From NCBI GenBank assembly GCA_028279595.1, contig JANQNK010000006.1, forward strand, positions 128,001 through 192,000: 64,000 bases of DNA, given 5' to 3'. This DNA is from Thermoplasmatota archaeon. GTDB taxonomy: Archaea; Thermoplasmatota; JAKEGO01. Below are positions 38,124-47,372 of this stretch, in pieces. Each line of letters begins with the position of its first letter. Within the stretch, counting starts at the first letter, position 1. The translations under genes were made by a program, and so were the position numbers. The notes under the pieces were generated by a model that worked only from the letters and a program-made list of their open reading frames with translations, was not told where the DNA came from and did no database searches.

Positions 38124-38594
38124 GTGAAGGTACTCTATCTCGGGAGGTTCCAGCCCTTCCACAACGGGCACGCCGCGGTCCTTGACCTCCTTGCTGGCGA
38201 GGACGTCATTCTCGGGATCGGGTCAGCGAACCTCGAGGTCGTATCTGAAAATCCGTTCACATACCAGGAACGAATGGAGATGGTCCTTCGGAGCGGATAC
38301 CGGACATACATCATGCTACCGATCGCTGACATCAACGACTACCCGAGATGGGTCAAGCATGTCGAGACCCTCGTCCCGAAGTTCGACTCGGTCGTCACGA
38401 ACAATCCGAGGGACAGGGAACTGTTCTCGAACGCGGGTTACCCTCTGCACGAGGTCCCGGTCGTCAACAGGGACGAGTTCAACGGGACCTATATACGGAA
38501 ATTGATGTCCGAGGGAAGGCCATGGAAGCATCTCGTCCCGGCTGGGACCGTCAGCGTCATCGACAACATCGACCTGGCTGAGAGGTTCTCCTGA
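38124..38594 (+). CDS. nadM: Nicotinamide-nucleotide adenylyltransferase
   Basis: GRFQPFHNGH, GIGSA, ENPFT..ER and GT.IR..M....W..LVP motifs. Confidence 0.92.
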   Translation: MKVLYLGRFQPFHNGHAAVLDLLAGEDVILGIGSANLEVVSENPFTYQERMEMVLRSGYRTYIMLPIADINDYPRWVKHVETLVPKFDSVVTNNPRDRELFSNAGYPLHEVPVVNRDEFNGTYIRKLMSEGRPWKHLVPAGTVSVIDNIDLAERFS

Positions 38595-38600
38595 ACCGGG

Positions 38601-39866
38601 CTAGGGGAATATGCCCCTGAGCTCTATCGCCTTGGCCATTTTGTCGAGGGAGATCATGAACGCGGAGTCGCGCATAGATACGTCCTTCTCCTTGGAGAGC
38701 TCCCATACGTCGTTGAAGCTCGAGAGCATGATGTTCTTGAGGTTCGCATTGACCTCGTCGACTCCCCAGAAGAAGGATTGGATACCCTGAACCCATTCGA
38801 AGTAGGAGACTATCACTCCACCGCTGTTCGCGAGGATGTCGGGCACGACGGTGGTACCCTTCTCGTTCAGAATGCTATCACCATTCTTGGAGATGGGACC
38901 GTTCGCGCCTTCGACGATGATGTCAGCGGATATGGAATCCGCGTTGCCGCTGTGGACCTGATTCTCAAGAGCAGCCGGTATTAGGACGTCCACGTCGAGG
39001 GCAAGGAGGGAATCGTTGTCGATGGTGTTGAAGCCCTGACATTCGGGATGATTGCAGAGGAGCGGTCTGTCCTCCGTCTCCACGAAATTCATAAGTGAGG
39101 GAATGTCAAGGCCGTCGGGATCGTAGTATCCAGCGGATACGTCAGATATTGCGACGATCTTCGATCCCTTCTCGTGGAGAAGCTGGGCAGCGACTGAACC
39201 GACATTCCCGAAACCCTGGATGGCCACCGTTGTACCCTTAGGGTCCTTTCCGAGTCGGTCGAGCACCTCGACGGTGTTGAGCATGACACCCCTACCGGTG
39301 GCCTCCCTTCTTCCGAGAGATCCTCCAAGGTCGAGCGGTTTTCCGGTGACGATGTCAAGAACTGTCTTCCCCTCGTACATACTGACGGCGTCCATGATCC
39401 ATCCCATCGTTTGGGCGTCAGTGAACACATCGGGTGCGGGTATGTCTCGCCTCGGGCCGATGATAGGGAGGATCATTGCGATGTATCTCTTGGTGAGCCT
39501 CTGGAGCTCTTTGTTGGAGAGTCCGGTGGGATCACATGTTATCCCGCCCTTCGCTCCGCCGAACGGGACGTTCGCGACCGCGCACTTGAACGACATTAGG
39601 GCGGCCAGGGCTCTTACCTCGTCCAGGTCCGTAGCTGGATGATAACGGATCCCACCCTTGCACGGTCCCCTTGCGCCGGAATGTTGGACCCGGTATCCCG
39701 TGAAGACCTCGATGTCCCCGTCGTCCTTCTCGATGGGGACTCCGACCGTCAGCTCTCGCTCTGGCTGTCTGAGCATCTTGTGGACACCCTTGTCGAGGGA
39801 TATCCTCTCGGCGGTCACATCGATCTGTTCGAGCACGCTGTCATAGAACGACTGAACCATACTCAT
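38601..39866 (-). CDS. gdhA: Glutamate dehydrogenase
   Basis: GPCKGGIRYHP, GGAKGG, PAPDV, TGKP, QGFGNVG, EGANGP and SYFEW motifs. Confidence 0.96.
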   Translation of the reverse strand: MSMVQSFYDSVLEQIDVTAERISLDKGVHKMLRQPERELTVGVPIEKDDGDIEVFTGYRVQHSGARGPCKGGIRYHPATDLDEVRALAALMSFKCAVANVPFGGAKGGITCDPTGLSNKELQRLTKRYIAMILPIIGPRRDIPAPDVFTDAQTMGWIMDAVSMYEGKTVLDIVTGKPLDLGGSLGRREATGRGVMLNTVEVLDRLGKDPKGTTVAIQGFGNVGSVAAQLLHEKGSKIVAISDVSAGYYDPDGLDIPSLMNFVETEDRPLLCNHPECQGFNTIDNDSLLALDVDVLIPAALENQVHSGNADSISADIIVEGANGPISKNGDSILNEKGTTVVPDILANSGGVIVSYFEWVQGIQSFFWGVDEVNANLKNIMLSSFNDVWELSKEKDVSMRDSAFMISLDKMAKAIELRGIFP

Positions 39867-39937
39867 CGCTCCTGTCCTTGGAATGGGTGAAAACTTTGCG
39901 AATATAAATCTTTGGGACTAACAGAGGAAGGCCGGAT

Positions 39938-40648
39938 TCAAACACCTAGAAGAACGATAGCCAATCCGGCTGCTGCGATAGTACCGCCGGACATCGCATG
40001 GATGAACCTGTCAGCACCTGGAACCTTGACCCGCGCCAGACCGACCGTGGAAACGTAGACCATAGTGAGCATTGTGGCTATCGTAGCGATACCGAAGACG
40101 AGAGAAACAAGAACAACGCCGAAGATACTGTTCTGCATGGCAGGGAACATCAGGATCGGAATGAGCGGTTCACAAGGGCCGAAGAGGAATATCGTGAATA
40201 GCGCCCAAGGAACGATGTTGCCCTTCGTCTTCGTGTGGGCATGAAGGTGACCGCGAGTGTGCCGATGTCGATGAACGTGGCTCCTCCCATCCTTATGAAC
40301 GTGCTTGTGTACGTGTTCCGTCTTCCTGAATGCTCTTTTCATACCCCAGGCGAAATAGACTAGGCCAAATGTGATCAGACCCCACGCGGCGATCTCACCC
40401 CTGATCGATTCGACACCGACAAGGCTTGTAAGCGCAATTCCTGCTGCGATCCCGATGGTGCCAATGACTATCGAACTGGTGACGTGGCCGATACCGGAAA
40501 TTCCTGTGATGAACATCGTCTTGCGAAGCGACCAGTTCCTTGCCTTCGACATCATTATGAATGGTACGTAGTGGTCCGGACCGAACAGAGTGTGGAAGAA
40601 GCCCAAGAAGGCTGCTGTGAAGGTCAGCACTATCAGATCCTGAGACAT
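39938..40648 (-). CDS. Nickel/cobalt transporter-like membrane protein (NicO/UreH/RcnA-type) with a His-rich loop
   Basis: H...GPDH.P motif, HVHKHVH...HRHRH loop and PCEP; ~6 TM helices. Confidence 0.8.
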   Translation of the reverse strand: MSQDLIVLTFTAAFLGFFHTLFGPDHYVPFIMMSKARNWSLRKTMFITGISGIGHVTSSIVIGTIGIAAGIALTSLVGVESIRGEIAAWGLITFGLVYFAWGMKRAFRKTEHVHKHVHKDGRSHVHRHRHTRGHLHAHTKTKGNIVPWALFTIFLFGPCEPLIPILMFPAMQNSIFGVVLVSLVFGIATIATMLTMVYVSTVGLARVKVPGADRFIHAMSGGTIAAAGLAIVLLGV

Positions 40649-40756
40649 GTGATGGTATCATGTATTTCTCGTTTATTATAATTTGCTAAATATAGAACAA
40701 TTGGGCAAGACCGATGATGATTAATATCATTTGACGTATAAGAAATCGGGACCGAT

Positions 40757-41317
40757 ATGAGAATAAAGCGAGACAACAGAGGTTACTCGGACAAGATAGA
40801 GGTATTGATGATCGCTGTTATCGTCCTGGTCGTCAACGTTGCTTTCTTCTATGTAGGAGGATACTTCAACGAGAAGGGGTCGGTAACACTGTTTCCAGCT
40901 CCTGACCCATTGGTACGTTATGAGTCAAATATGACTTTCGAAGGAAACCAATCAGAAGGGAACAGTACATTCTACAATCTCACTCTGAACAAGACCTCAA
41001 TATGTTATATTAATCTCTCTTGGGAGGACGAGGACCATGGAGGGATGTGGGAGAACGAACCAGATCGATTCTCATTAGAGGTTACAGACCCGATAAATGA
41101 AACCGAAAGGGAAGAAGAAGAGAATGAGATCGGTAAGGAGGGCCGGATCGAGATCATTTTCGATTATCAACCATATTCTATGTTTCCAGGAAATTGGTCC
41201 TTAAATGTAACATTGGAGGAGGCAGGAGATTCATGGGCGGTAGGTGTACCCTCCGTCGGAATTGAGGACAACTACTGTAATTACACATTGGAGATCAACA
41301 TGGTCGATTTCAGGTGA
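40757..41317 (+). CDS. Surface protein with a class III (pilin-like) signal peptide
   Basis: MRIKRDNRG|YSDKIEVLMIAVIVLVV; many N-glycosylation sequons; lower GC than its neighbours. Confidence 0.65.
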   Translation: MRIKRDNRGYSDKIEVLMIAVIVLVVNVAFFYVGGYFNEKGSVTLFPAPDPLVRYESNMTFEGNQSEGNSTFYNLTLNKTSICYINLSWEDEDHGGMWENEPDRFSLEVTDPINETEREEEENEIGKEGRIEIIFDYQPYSMFPGNWSLNVTLEEAGDSWAVGVPSVGIEDNYCNYTLEINMVDFR

Positions 41318-41348
41318 TCGGCCTGGATATTCTCAATATCGACGTGAA

Positions 41349-41573
41349 TCAAATGATGGGATCTGTGTCTAGACCGGACCGTTTTACTCGCTCTGCTGTA
41401 TAGTCCCAGCATTTCTGGAACCGTTCCAGGGTCTCCTCGTCCACGTCGACGTCCTCCCTCTTGATGAGTTCGAAATCACCGCAGATCGATTCCCAGAACT
41501 TGAACATCACTGCCTGATCATGGATCCCAGCGGGGGATCTCTTCAAACGCTCGAACTTCTCGATGAGTTGCAT
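41349..41573 (-). CDS. Small hypothetical protein, 74 aa
   Basis: GGAGGT next to ATG 41573; open frame with host-like codons. Confidence 0.55.
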   Translation of the reverse strand: MQLIEKFERLKRSPAGIHDQAVMFKFWESICGDFELIKREDVDVDEETLERFQKCWDYTAERVKRSGLDTDPII

Positions 41574-41741
41574 TACCTCCGCTGTCATCTCTTCCCCGGA
41601 ATGCACATCCTCGGTCAGACGAATCCCCACTATCAATCGTTGAGAAGGTTTATACACTTTTTCCCGACAGGACCAGTTCTTAATATTAATATTATTTATG
41701 TCAATGAAAAATTTATCATGTTCAAGGCAAGATAAGAATTC

Positions 41742-41813
41742 GGCCCGGACGGAGCTCGATGCTTAAGAACCAATTAATCTGTTATATTAACATCGAGCGA
41801 GGCCGGGCCCACC
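41742..41813 (+). ncRNA. Candidate small hairpin ncRNA with a tRNA-acceptor-like end
   Basis: GGCCCGG/CCGGGCC and GCTCGATG/CATCGAGC stems; BRE/TATA GAAAAATTTATC ~25 nt upstream; pyrimidine tract downstream. Confidence 0.5.
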
Positions 41814-41836
41814 TTCTCCTATTAACTTTTAAGAAA

Positions 41837-41913
41837 TGGTGGGCCCGGCCGGATTCGAACCGGCGACCAACAGGTTATGAGCCTGTCGCTCCGCCAGGCT
41901 AAGCTACGGGCCC
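41837..41913 (-). tRNA. tRNA with CAU anticodon, most likely tRNA-Ile2; CCA encoded
   Basis: GGGCCCGTAGCTTAG...CTCATAA...GGTTCGAATCC...GGGCCCACCA. The GGGCCC acceptor and the tandem with tRNA-Asn favour Ile2 over Met. Confidence 0.92.
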
Positions 41914-41916
41914 AAG

Positions 41917-41989
41917 CGCCGTCGATCGGGTTCGAACCGATGACCTCTCGGTTAACAGCCGAGTGCTCCACCTGCTAAGCTACGACGGC
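41917..41989 (-). tRNA. tRNA-Asn(GUU)
   Basis: GCCGTCGTAGCTTAG...CTGTTAA...GGTTCGAACCC...CGACGGCG. Confidence 0.96.
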
Positions 41990-42152
41990 ACAATCGAGCC
42001 CACTATATTGAGGTTGGTTATAAATCTTACCGTTGGAGCGGTTCGGATTCCGTTTCGAAAAACGGCGAAATCAACCTTCAAAACTACCGTAATCCATCAA
42101 AAAGAGGATAATCTTAAAATAACCGTCATCCATTCTGGAGGGAGGTGACATA

Positions 42153-42320
42153 ATGATTGTCAAGAAGGCAGAGGTGAAGGCTATAGCTAGCGAGCGCAAC
42201 TACAGGGTCTCGAAGGAGTTCTACGAGGTCCTGGACAACAAGGTGCTCGAGATGGTCGAGAACGCGATCATCCGTGCCAGCAACAATGGCCGTAAGACCC
42301 TGCAGGGTTACGATATCTGA
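42153..42320 (+). CDS. Histone-fold protein, 55 aa, non-nucleosomal (face-to-face type); not in the ORF track
   Basis: GGAGGTGA SD; MIVKKAEVK...VSKEFYEVLDNKV..MVE.A..RA..NGRKTLQGYDI with a short alpha3 RxTxxxxD. Confidence 0.85.
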   Translation: MIVKKAEVKAIASERNYRVSKEFYEVLDNKVLEMVENAIIRASNNGRKTLQGYDI

Positions 42321-42331
42321 GACCCCTGGAT

Positions 42332-42405
42332 GCCACCGTAGCTTAGCCCGGAAGAGCGGCTGACTTGTAATCAGCAGGTCGGGGGTTCAAATCCCTCCGG
42401 TGGCT
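42332..42405 (+). tRNA. tRNA-Thr(UGU)
   Basis: GCCACCGTAGCTTAG...CTTGTAA...GGTTCAAATCC...CGGTGGCT. Confidence 0.96.
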
Positions 42406-42525
42406 CCTTCACGGGGTCACCGGGGAGCGGTCCGCGGTTATTATGTGGATGCGTGGACCGATGGGCCCGAGCCCTGCTCCATTCGGACCAATCAGTTATA
42501 AATACGGAATCGGGGATGGATTCTC

Positions 42526-43725
42526 ATGCACCCGTCAGGGGACATCAGGGGGGTCACCAGCGACCTCCTCCTGGGAAAGCGCATCATTCTCGGAGTCACA
42601 GGCAGCGTCGCTGCCGTCAAGTGTGTCGAGCTCGCTCACGAACTAATCAGACATGGTGCCGATGTGATCCCTGTCATGTCCCGCAGCGCGACCAGGATAA
42701 TCCATCCGGATGCGCTCGGTTACGCTACTGGACACATGCCGATCGTGGAACTAACAGGTGAGATAGAACATGTGGCACTCGCCGGGGACAGGGAGGACAG
42801 TGCAGACCTATTCCTGGTCGCTCCCGCCACCGCGAATACGATATCCAAGATGGCGTACGGCATCGACGATACGGCCGTGACTACTGTGGCGACCACCGCC
42901 ATCGGTTCAGGGATGAAGGTCGTGGTCGTACCGGCCATGCACGGTTCAATGCAAAGGCATCCGGGGGTTTCCGAGGCCATTGCCCGATTGAAGACCTGGG
43001 GAATACAGGTCGTCGATCCTGTCATCTCGGAAGGCAAGGCCAAGTTCCCGGCCGTGGAGACGGTTGCCGCTCATGTCATCCGTGCAGCGGGCAACGTCCC
43101 GGATCTGTCGGGGAAGCGCGGACTCGTCGTATCGGGACCGACCTACGAGATGATCGACGGGTTCAGGGCTGTCACCAACCTCTCAACCGGGAACTCAGGG
43201 CGGGCACTCGCAAGGTGGGGTTTCTACTGCGGGGCAGATGTCCAGATGTGGAGGTCGAACCCTCCAGACGTTCCCTTCATCGAGTCCAGACCCTTCAGGT
43301 CCGTCGACGACCTGCTCGACATGGTCAGATCCGCGGACTTCGACTTCGTGATCATGGTGGCCGCAGTCTCCGACTTCAAGCCGACAAGGACGGCGGGGAA
43401 GATCCCCTCGGATACGGGATTCGATCTCAGGATGGAACCAACCCCCAAGGTCATCGATGAACTGCGATCCAAGACCAAGTTCTTGGTCGGTTTCAAGGCC
43501 CTCGTCGGCGCAAGTGAATCCACTCTCCGAGATACCGGTTACGAGAAGCTGATGTCATCGGACCTCGACCTTGTCGTGGCGAACGATGTCGACCGGGTCA
43601 TGCCCGATGACACCGAGTGCGTGGTCATCACCAAAGACGGCCGAGGGCATCCGTTCAGAGGTAACAAGGACGGCCTCGCGAGACTGGTCTACGAAGAGAT
43701 CGCAAAGGGTATCGGCGGCACCTGA
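42526..43725 (+). CDS. coaBC: Bifunctional phosphopantothenoylcysteine decarboxylase/synthetase
   Basis: LGVTGSVAA, APATANT, PAMH, GPT.E.ID..R..TN.STG, AAVSDF, VGFKA and VAND motifs. Confidence 0.96.
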   Translation: MHPSGDIRGVTSDLLLGKRIILGVTGSVAAVKCVELAHELIRHGADVIPVMSRSATRIIHPDALGYATGHMPIVELTGEIEHVALAGDREDSADLFLVAPATANTISKMAYGIDDTAVTTVATTAIGSGMKVVVVPAMHGSMQRHPGVSEAIARLKTWGIQVVDPVISEGKAKFPAVETVAAHVIRAAGNVPDLSGKRGLVVSGPTYEMIDGFRAVTNLSTGNSGRALARWGFYCGADVQMWRSNPPDVPFIESRPFRSVDDLLDMVRSADFDFVIMVAAVSDFKPTRTAGKIPSDTGFDLRMEPTPKVIDELRSKTKFLVGFKALVGASESTLRDTGYEKLMSSDLDLVVANDVDRVMPDDTECVVITKDGRGHPFRGNKDGLARLVYEEIAKGIGGT

Positions 43726-43794
43726 AGGACCGTCCCAGAACGTTCGCCAAAGGCTTTTTAAACGAGGGCATTATACCAGGCCCGAGGGAGCGCT

Positions 43795-44946
43795 ATGAGG
43801 CTGGAATTCACCAAGGAACAGGAGCTGATAAGGCGTACGGTAAAGGACTTCGTGGACACGGAGATCGTTCCTAACGCATCGGAGCTCATGGAGACCGCCA
43901 GGTTCCCCCTTGACATCATGAAGAAGGCAGGCGACATATCCCTCATGGGCATGACGATACCGCAGAAGTACGGCGGATCGGGCATGGACCGCGTCAGTTA
44001 CTGCCTCGCCCTCGAGGAACTTGCACGAGGGAATGCCGGTATCGGCCTTACCATCGAAGCTCACAATTCACTCGCCGTCGCTCACATCTACGAGAACGGG
44101 AACGAGGAGCAGAGGGAGAAGTATGTTCCCAAGCTCGCCCAGGGTGAGCATCTTGGCGCATGGGCGCTCACCGAACCCGGAGCAGGTTCCGACGCAGCCG
44201 CCACGAAGACCACCGCGGTCAAGGAAGGCGACGAGTACGTGATCAACGGGTCCAAGACCTTCATCACGAACGCAAGCGAGTCCGAGGTAATGGTGATCAT
44301 GGCGATGACCGACGTGTCGGCAGGGGCCAAGGGGATCAGCGCGTTCATAGTGGAACGCGACACCCCGGGACTCGAGTTCGGCAAGGACGAGGACAAGCTC
44401 GGCCTTCGCAACAGCGTCACGTCCGAACTGTTCTTCACCAATATGCGCGTCCCCGAGGAGAACAGGATAGGACCCGAGGGCATGGGATTCATCGGTGCGA
44501 TGATGATACTCGACCGGGGCAGGACCGCTGTCGGAGCATTATCCGTCGGTTGCGCACGGGCAGCTCTCGAGGACAGCACCAAATACTCGCTCGAGAGGGA
44601 GCAGTTCGGCAGGCCCATTGCGAAGTTCCAGGCGATCCAATGGAAGCTCGCCGAGATGGCCACGAAGATCGAGGCAGCACGTTCCCTGACACTGCACGCC
44701 GCTCAGCTCGAGGATCTTGGAAGGCCCTTTACCATGGAGGCGAGCATGGCCAAGCTATACGCTTCCGAGATAGCGATGTGGGCAACCACAGAGGGGATCC
44801 AGATCCATGGTGGATATGGTTACACGAAGGATTACTCCGCCGAGCGATACTTCAGGGACGCGAAGCTCATGCAGATCGGCGAGGGGACCTCCGAGGTCCA
44901 GAGGCTCGTCATAGCAAGGGAGCTCCTCAGGAAGATGCAGCGTTAG
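43795..44946 (+). CDS. Acyl-CoA dehydrogenase
   Basis: [37 protein letters not shown] and IGEGTSEVQ motifs. Confidence 0.96.
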   Translation: MRLEFTKEQELIRRTVKDFVDTEIVPNASELMETARFPLDIMKKAGDISLMGMTIPQKYGGSGMDRVSYCLALEELARGNAGIGLTIEAHNSLAVAHIYENGNEEQREKYVPKLAQGEHLGAWALTEPGAGSDAAATKTTAVKEGDEYVINGSKTFITNASESEVMVIMAMTDVSAGAKGISAFIVERDTPGLEFGKDEDKLGLRNSVTSELFFTNMRVPEENRIGPEGMGFIGAMMILDRGRTAVGALSVGCARAALEDSTKYSLEREQFGRPIAKFQAIQWKLAEMATKIEAARSLTLHAAQLEDLGRPFTMEASMAKLYASEIAMWATTEGIQIHGGYGYTKDYSAERYFRDAKLMQIGEGTSEVQRLVIARELLRKMQR

Positions 44947-45051
44947 GCCCGCAATTCGATCTCCCTTTCTCCATTCCCCATATCATCCACAGGTGACCAT
45001 GGGTGGGCGGGAAGGCAATCGGCAGGACGATGCCGGGAAAATCCAATATCA

Positions 45052-47340
45052 CTATCCCATCCTGTCGTGCATGTACCGGTTCCAGGACTCTCTTATGTCC
45101 TCGACGGCCAAAGATACGATCCTGCCATCCCTCGAGATGTTCAGATCGCCGCCGGTAGTGCCGATCCTCCGGGCCGGGACCGAACCGAAATGGTTCACGA
45201 AGGAATCGACCTGGTCGTCTGGAATCTCAACAAGCCACCGCGTGTTGCTCTCCGAGAAGAGGACGTAATCGTTGCGCAGGTTCTCGAGCGGTGAGAGGTC
45301 GACATCGACGCCGCGGTTCCCGGCGATCGCCATCTCAGCCAGCGCCACCGCCAGTCCGCCGTCGGAAAGGTCGTGTATCGAAAGGACATCGAAGTCCTTC
45401 ACAGCAGAGTTCATCTTCTCGGCGCTTGTCACGAGGTTCCCGATATCCACCCTCGGGACCTTGCCCTGGGATCCCAGGAGCCTGTAGTACTGCGATCCTC
45501 CCATCTCGATCGCCGTCGACCCGATCAGCATCAATGCGTTCCCGTCCTCCTTCAGTGACATCGATACAGCATCCCTCACGTCCTCGACTATGCCTATCCC
45601 GATGACGGTCGGGGTCGGAGGTATCGGACCTGATGGTGTCTCGTTGTAGAAGCTGACGTTTCCAGAGACGAAAGGAAGCTCGAGGGCCCTTGCGACGTCC
45701 GAGAAGCCCCGAAGCACCTCACGGAACTCGCCCATCCTCATGGGATTCTCGGGATTTCCGAAGTTGAGGCAGTCGCATAGGGTATGAGGTCGCGCACCTA
45801 CCGCCACGAGGTTACGAACGGTCTCGTCGATGGTCGAGCATGCGCCCCAGTATGGATGAAGCCTGACCATCTCCGGGTTCACATCGGAAGTGACAGCAAG
45901 TCCGCGGAAGGAATGCTCGAGGGGTTTCAGGACAGCGGAATCCCCGGGCCCCTCGTGACCGGGAGCACCCTGCATCGGCGTGAGGACCGTGTTCGCCCTG
46001 ACCTGGTGATCGTACTGCCTGATCACCCATTCCCTGCTGGCGATGTTGGGTGACGAGAGTAAGGAGAGGACCATCGTGCTGTAGTCGACCGGTTCGTCGA
46101 CCGCATCGTGCCTCTCCGCGGGTATCGGCTGTGTGAACGGCCTCAGGTACTCGGGACCACCGGTGTAGAAACCGAGGTCGAGGTCAAGGACCGGTTCGCC
46201 GTGATATCTCACCTTGATGTGCCTTCCAGGGATCGTCTTTCCGATCGCGACGGCCGGCACGTCCCATGTGTCGAAGAGTGCGAGAAGGTCGTTTAGCTTC
46301 GATTTCGTGCATGTCATGGCCATGCGTTCCTGACTCTCGCTGATCCATATCTCCCACGGTGCCATTCCTTCGACCCGGAGATGAACGTTCTCCAGATCGA
46401 CCTGTGCGCCGCATCCGGCTGCATAGGCCATCTCGCCTATACATGATGAGAGTCCACCTCCGCCGAGGTCCTTCATTCCGATGGCAAGACCCCGTTCGAG
46501 TGCGTCGAGACAGGCGTGAATGAGCGGTTCCTTGGTTATCGGATCGCCTAACTGAACGGCTCCTATGTCCTCCTCGGCCGAACTCTCGTCGAGGACCTCT
46601 GACGCGAACGTAACCCCGTGGATACCGTCCCTGCCAGTTCCTCCGCCGGCCAGGACGAATATCTCGTCCGGTCCTCCGGCCGCTGAATGGACGACATGGT
46701 CGGTCCTTGCGATCCCCACGCAACCCACGTTCACGAGACAGTTGCCGGTGAAACCCTCATGGAAGTTGACCATTCCTGAAACGGTCGGTATTCCAACGCG
46801 ATTGCCGTAGTCCGCGATCCCGTCGACGACGCGTCTGAATAGATACTTCGGATGCTTGACACCCTCTGGAAGTGATTCGAACTGTGCTTCGAGCGGGCCG
46901 AAGAAGAGCGGATCGATAAGTATTATCGGTTGAGCGCCCATGCAGACGACGTCCCTCAGGATCCCACCGATCCCCGTCGCCGCCCCGCCGTAGGGCTCCA
47001 CCGCTGAAGGATGATTGTGACTTTCGAAACCAACGACATAGACATGCTCATCGTCAAAACGGACGACGCCTGCGTCCTCGTTCATCATGAAATCATCCGA
47101 TGGGATGTTGAAAACGTACTGTTTAAGGAAGGTCTTCGAACTCTTGTAGCACGAGTGTTCCGACCACGCCTGGCCCAGCGCCTGCAGCTCCATATCGGTG
47201 GCGGTCCTGCCCTCCGCGGCGAAGTAATCGCGGATCCGACGCATCTCGTCGAGATCGAGGGCCAGTCCCATCTCTTGAGAGAGTGCCAGGAGCTTGTCGT
47301 CGGCCAGTTTTCCCAGGTCTATCTGGGTCACAGTGGTCAT
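45052..47340 (-). CDS. purL: Phosphoribosylformylglycinamidine synthase subunit PurL
   Basis: WSEHSCYKSS, ESHNHPS, DLGGGGL, ESQERM, LNFGNP, GNVSFYN and HDLSDGG motifs. Confidence 0.97.
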   Translation of the reverse strand: MTTVTQIDLGKLADDKLLALSQEMGLALDLDEMRRIRDYFAAEGRTATDMELQALGQAWSEHSCYKSSKTFLKQYVFNIPSDDFMMNEDAGVVRFDDEHVYVVGFESHNHPSAVEPYGGAATGIGGILRDVVCMGAQPIILIDPLFFGPLEAQFESLPEGVKHPKYLFRRVVDGIADYGNRVGIPTVSGMVNFHEGFTGNCLVNVGCVGIARTDHVVHSAAGGPDEIFVLAGGGTGRDGIHGVTFASEVLDESSAEEDIGAVQLGDPITKEPLIHACLDALERGLAIGMKDLGGGGLSSCIGEMAYAAGCGAQVDLENVHLRVEGMAPWEIWISESQERMAMTCTKSKLNDLLALFDTWDVPAVAIGKTIPGRHIKVRYHGEPVLDLDLGFYTGGPEYLRPFTQPIPAERHDAVDEPVDYSTMVLSLLSSPNIASREWVIRQYDHQVRANTVLTPMQGAPGHEGPGDSAVLKPLEHSFRGLAVTSDVNPEMVRLHPYWGACSTIDETVRNLVAVGARPHTLCDCLNFGNPENPMRMGEFREVLRGFSDVARALELPFVSGNVSFYNETPSGPIPPTPTVIGIGIVEDVRDAVSMSLKEDGNALMLIGSTAIEMGGSQYYRLLGSQGKVPRVDIGNLVTSAEKMNSAVKDFDVLSIHDLSDGGLAVALAEMAIAGNRGVDVDLSPLENLRNDYVLFSESNTRWLVEIPDDQVDSFVNHFGSVPARRIGTTGGDLNISRDGRIVSLAVEDIRESWNRYMHDRMG

Positions 47341-47372
47341 GGTCCCTGCACCGAGGTCTCCATAGATAAGTC

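Noticed and set aside
41801-41850. Integration (att) site of a mobile element at tRNA-Ile
   Set aside because: The 13-bp duplication is inverted rather than direct, and no integrase is present in the window.
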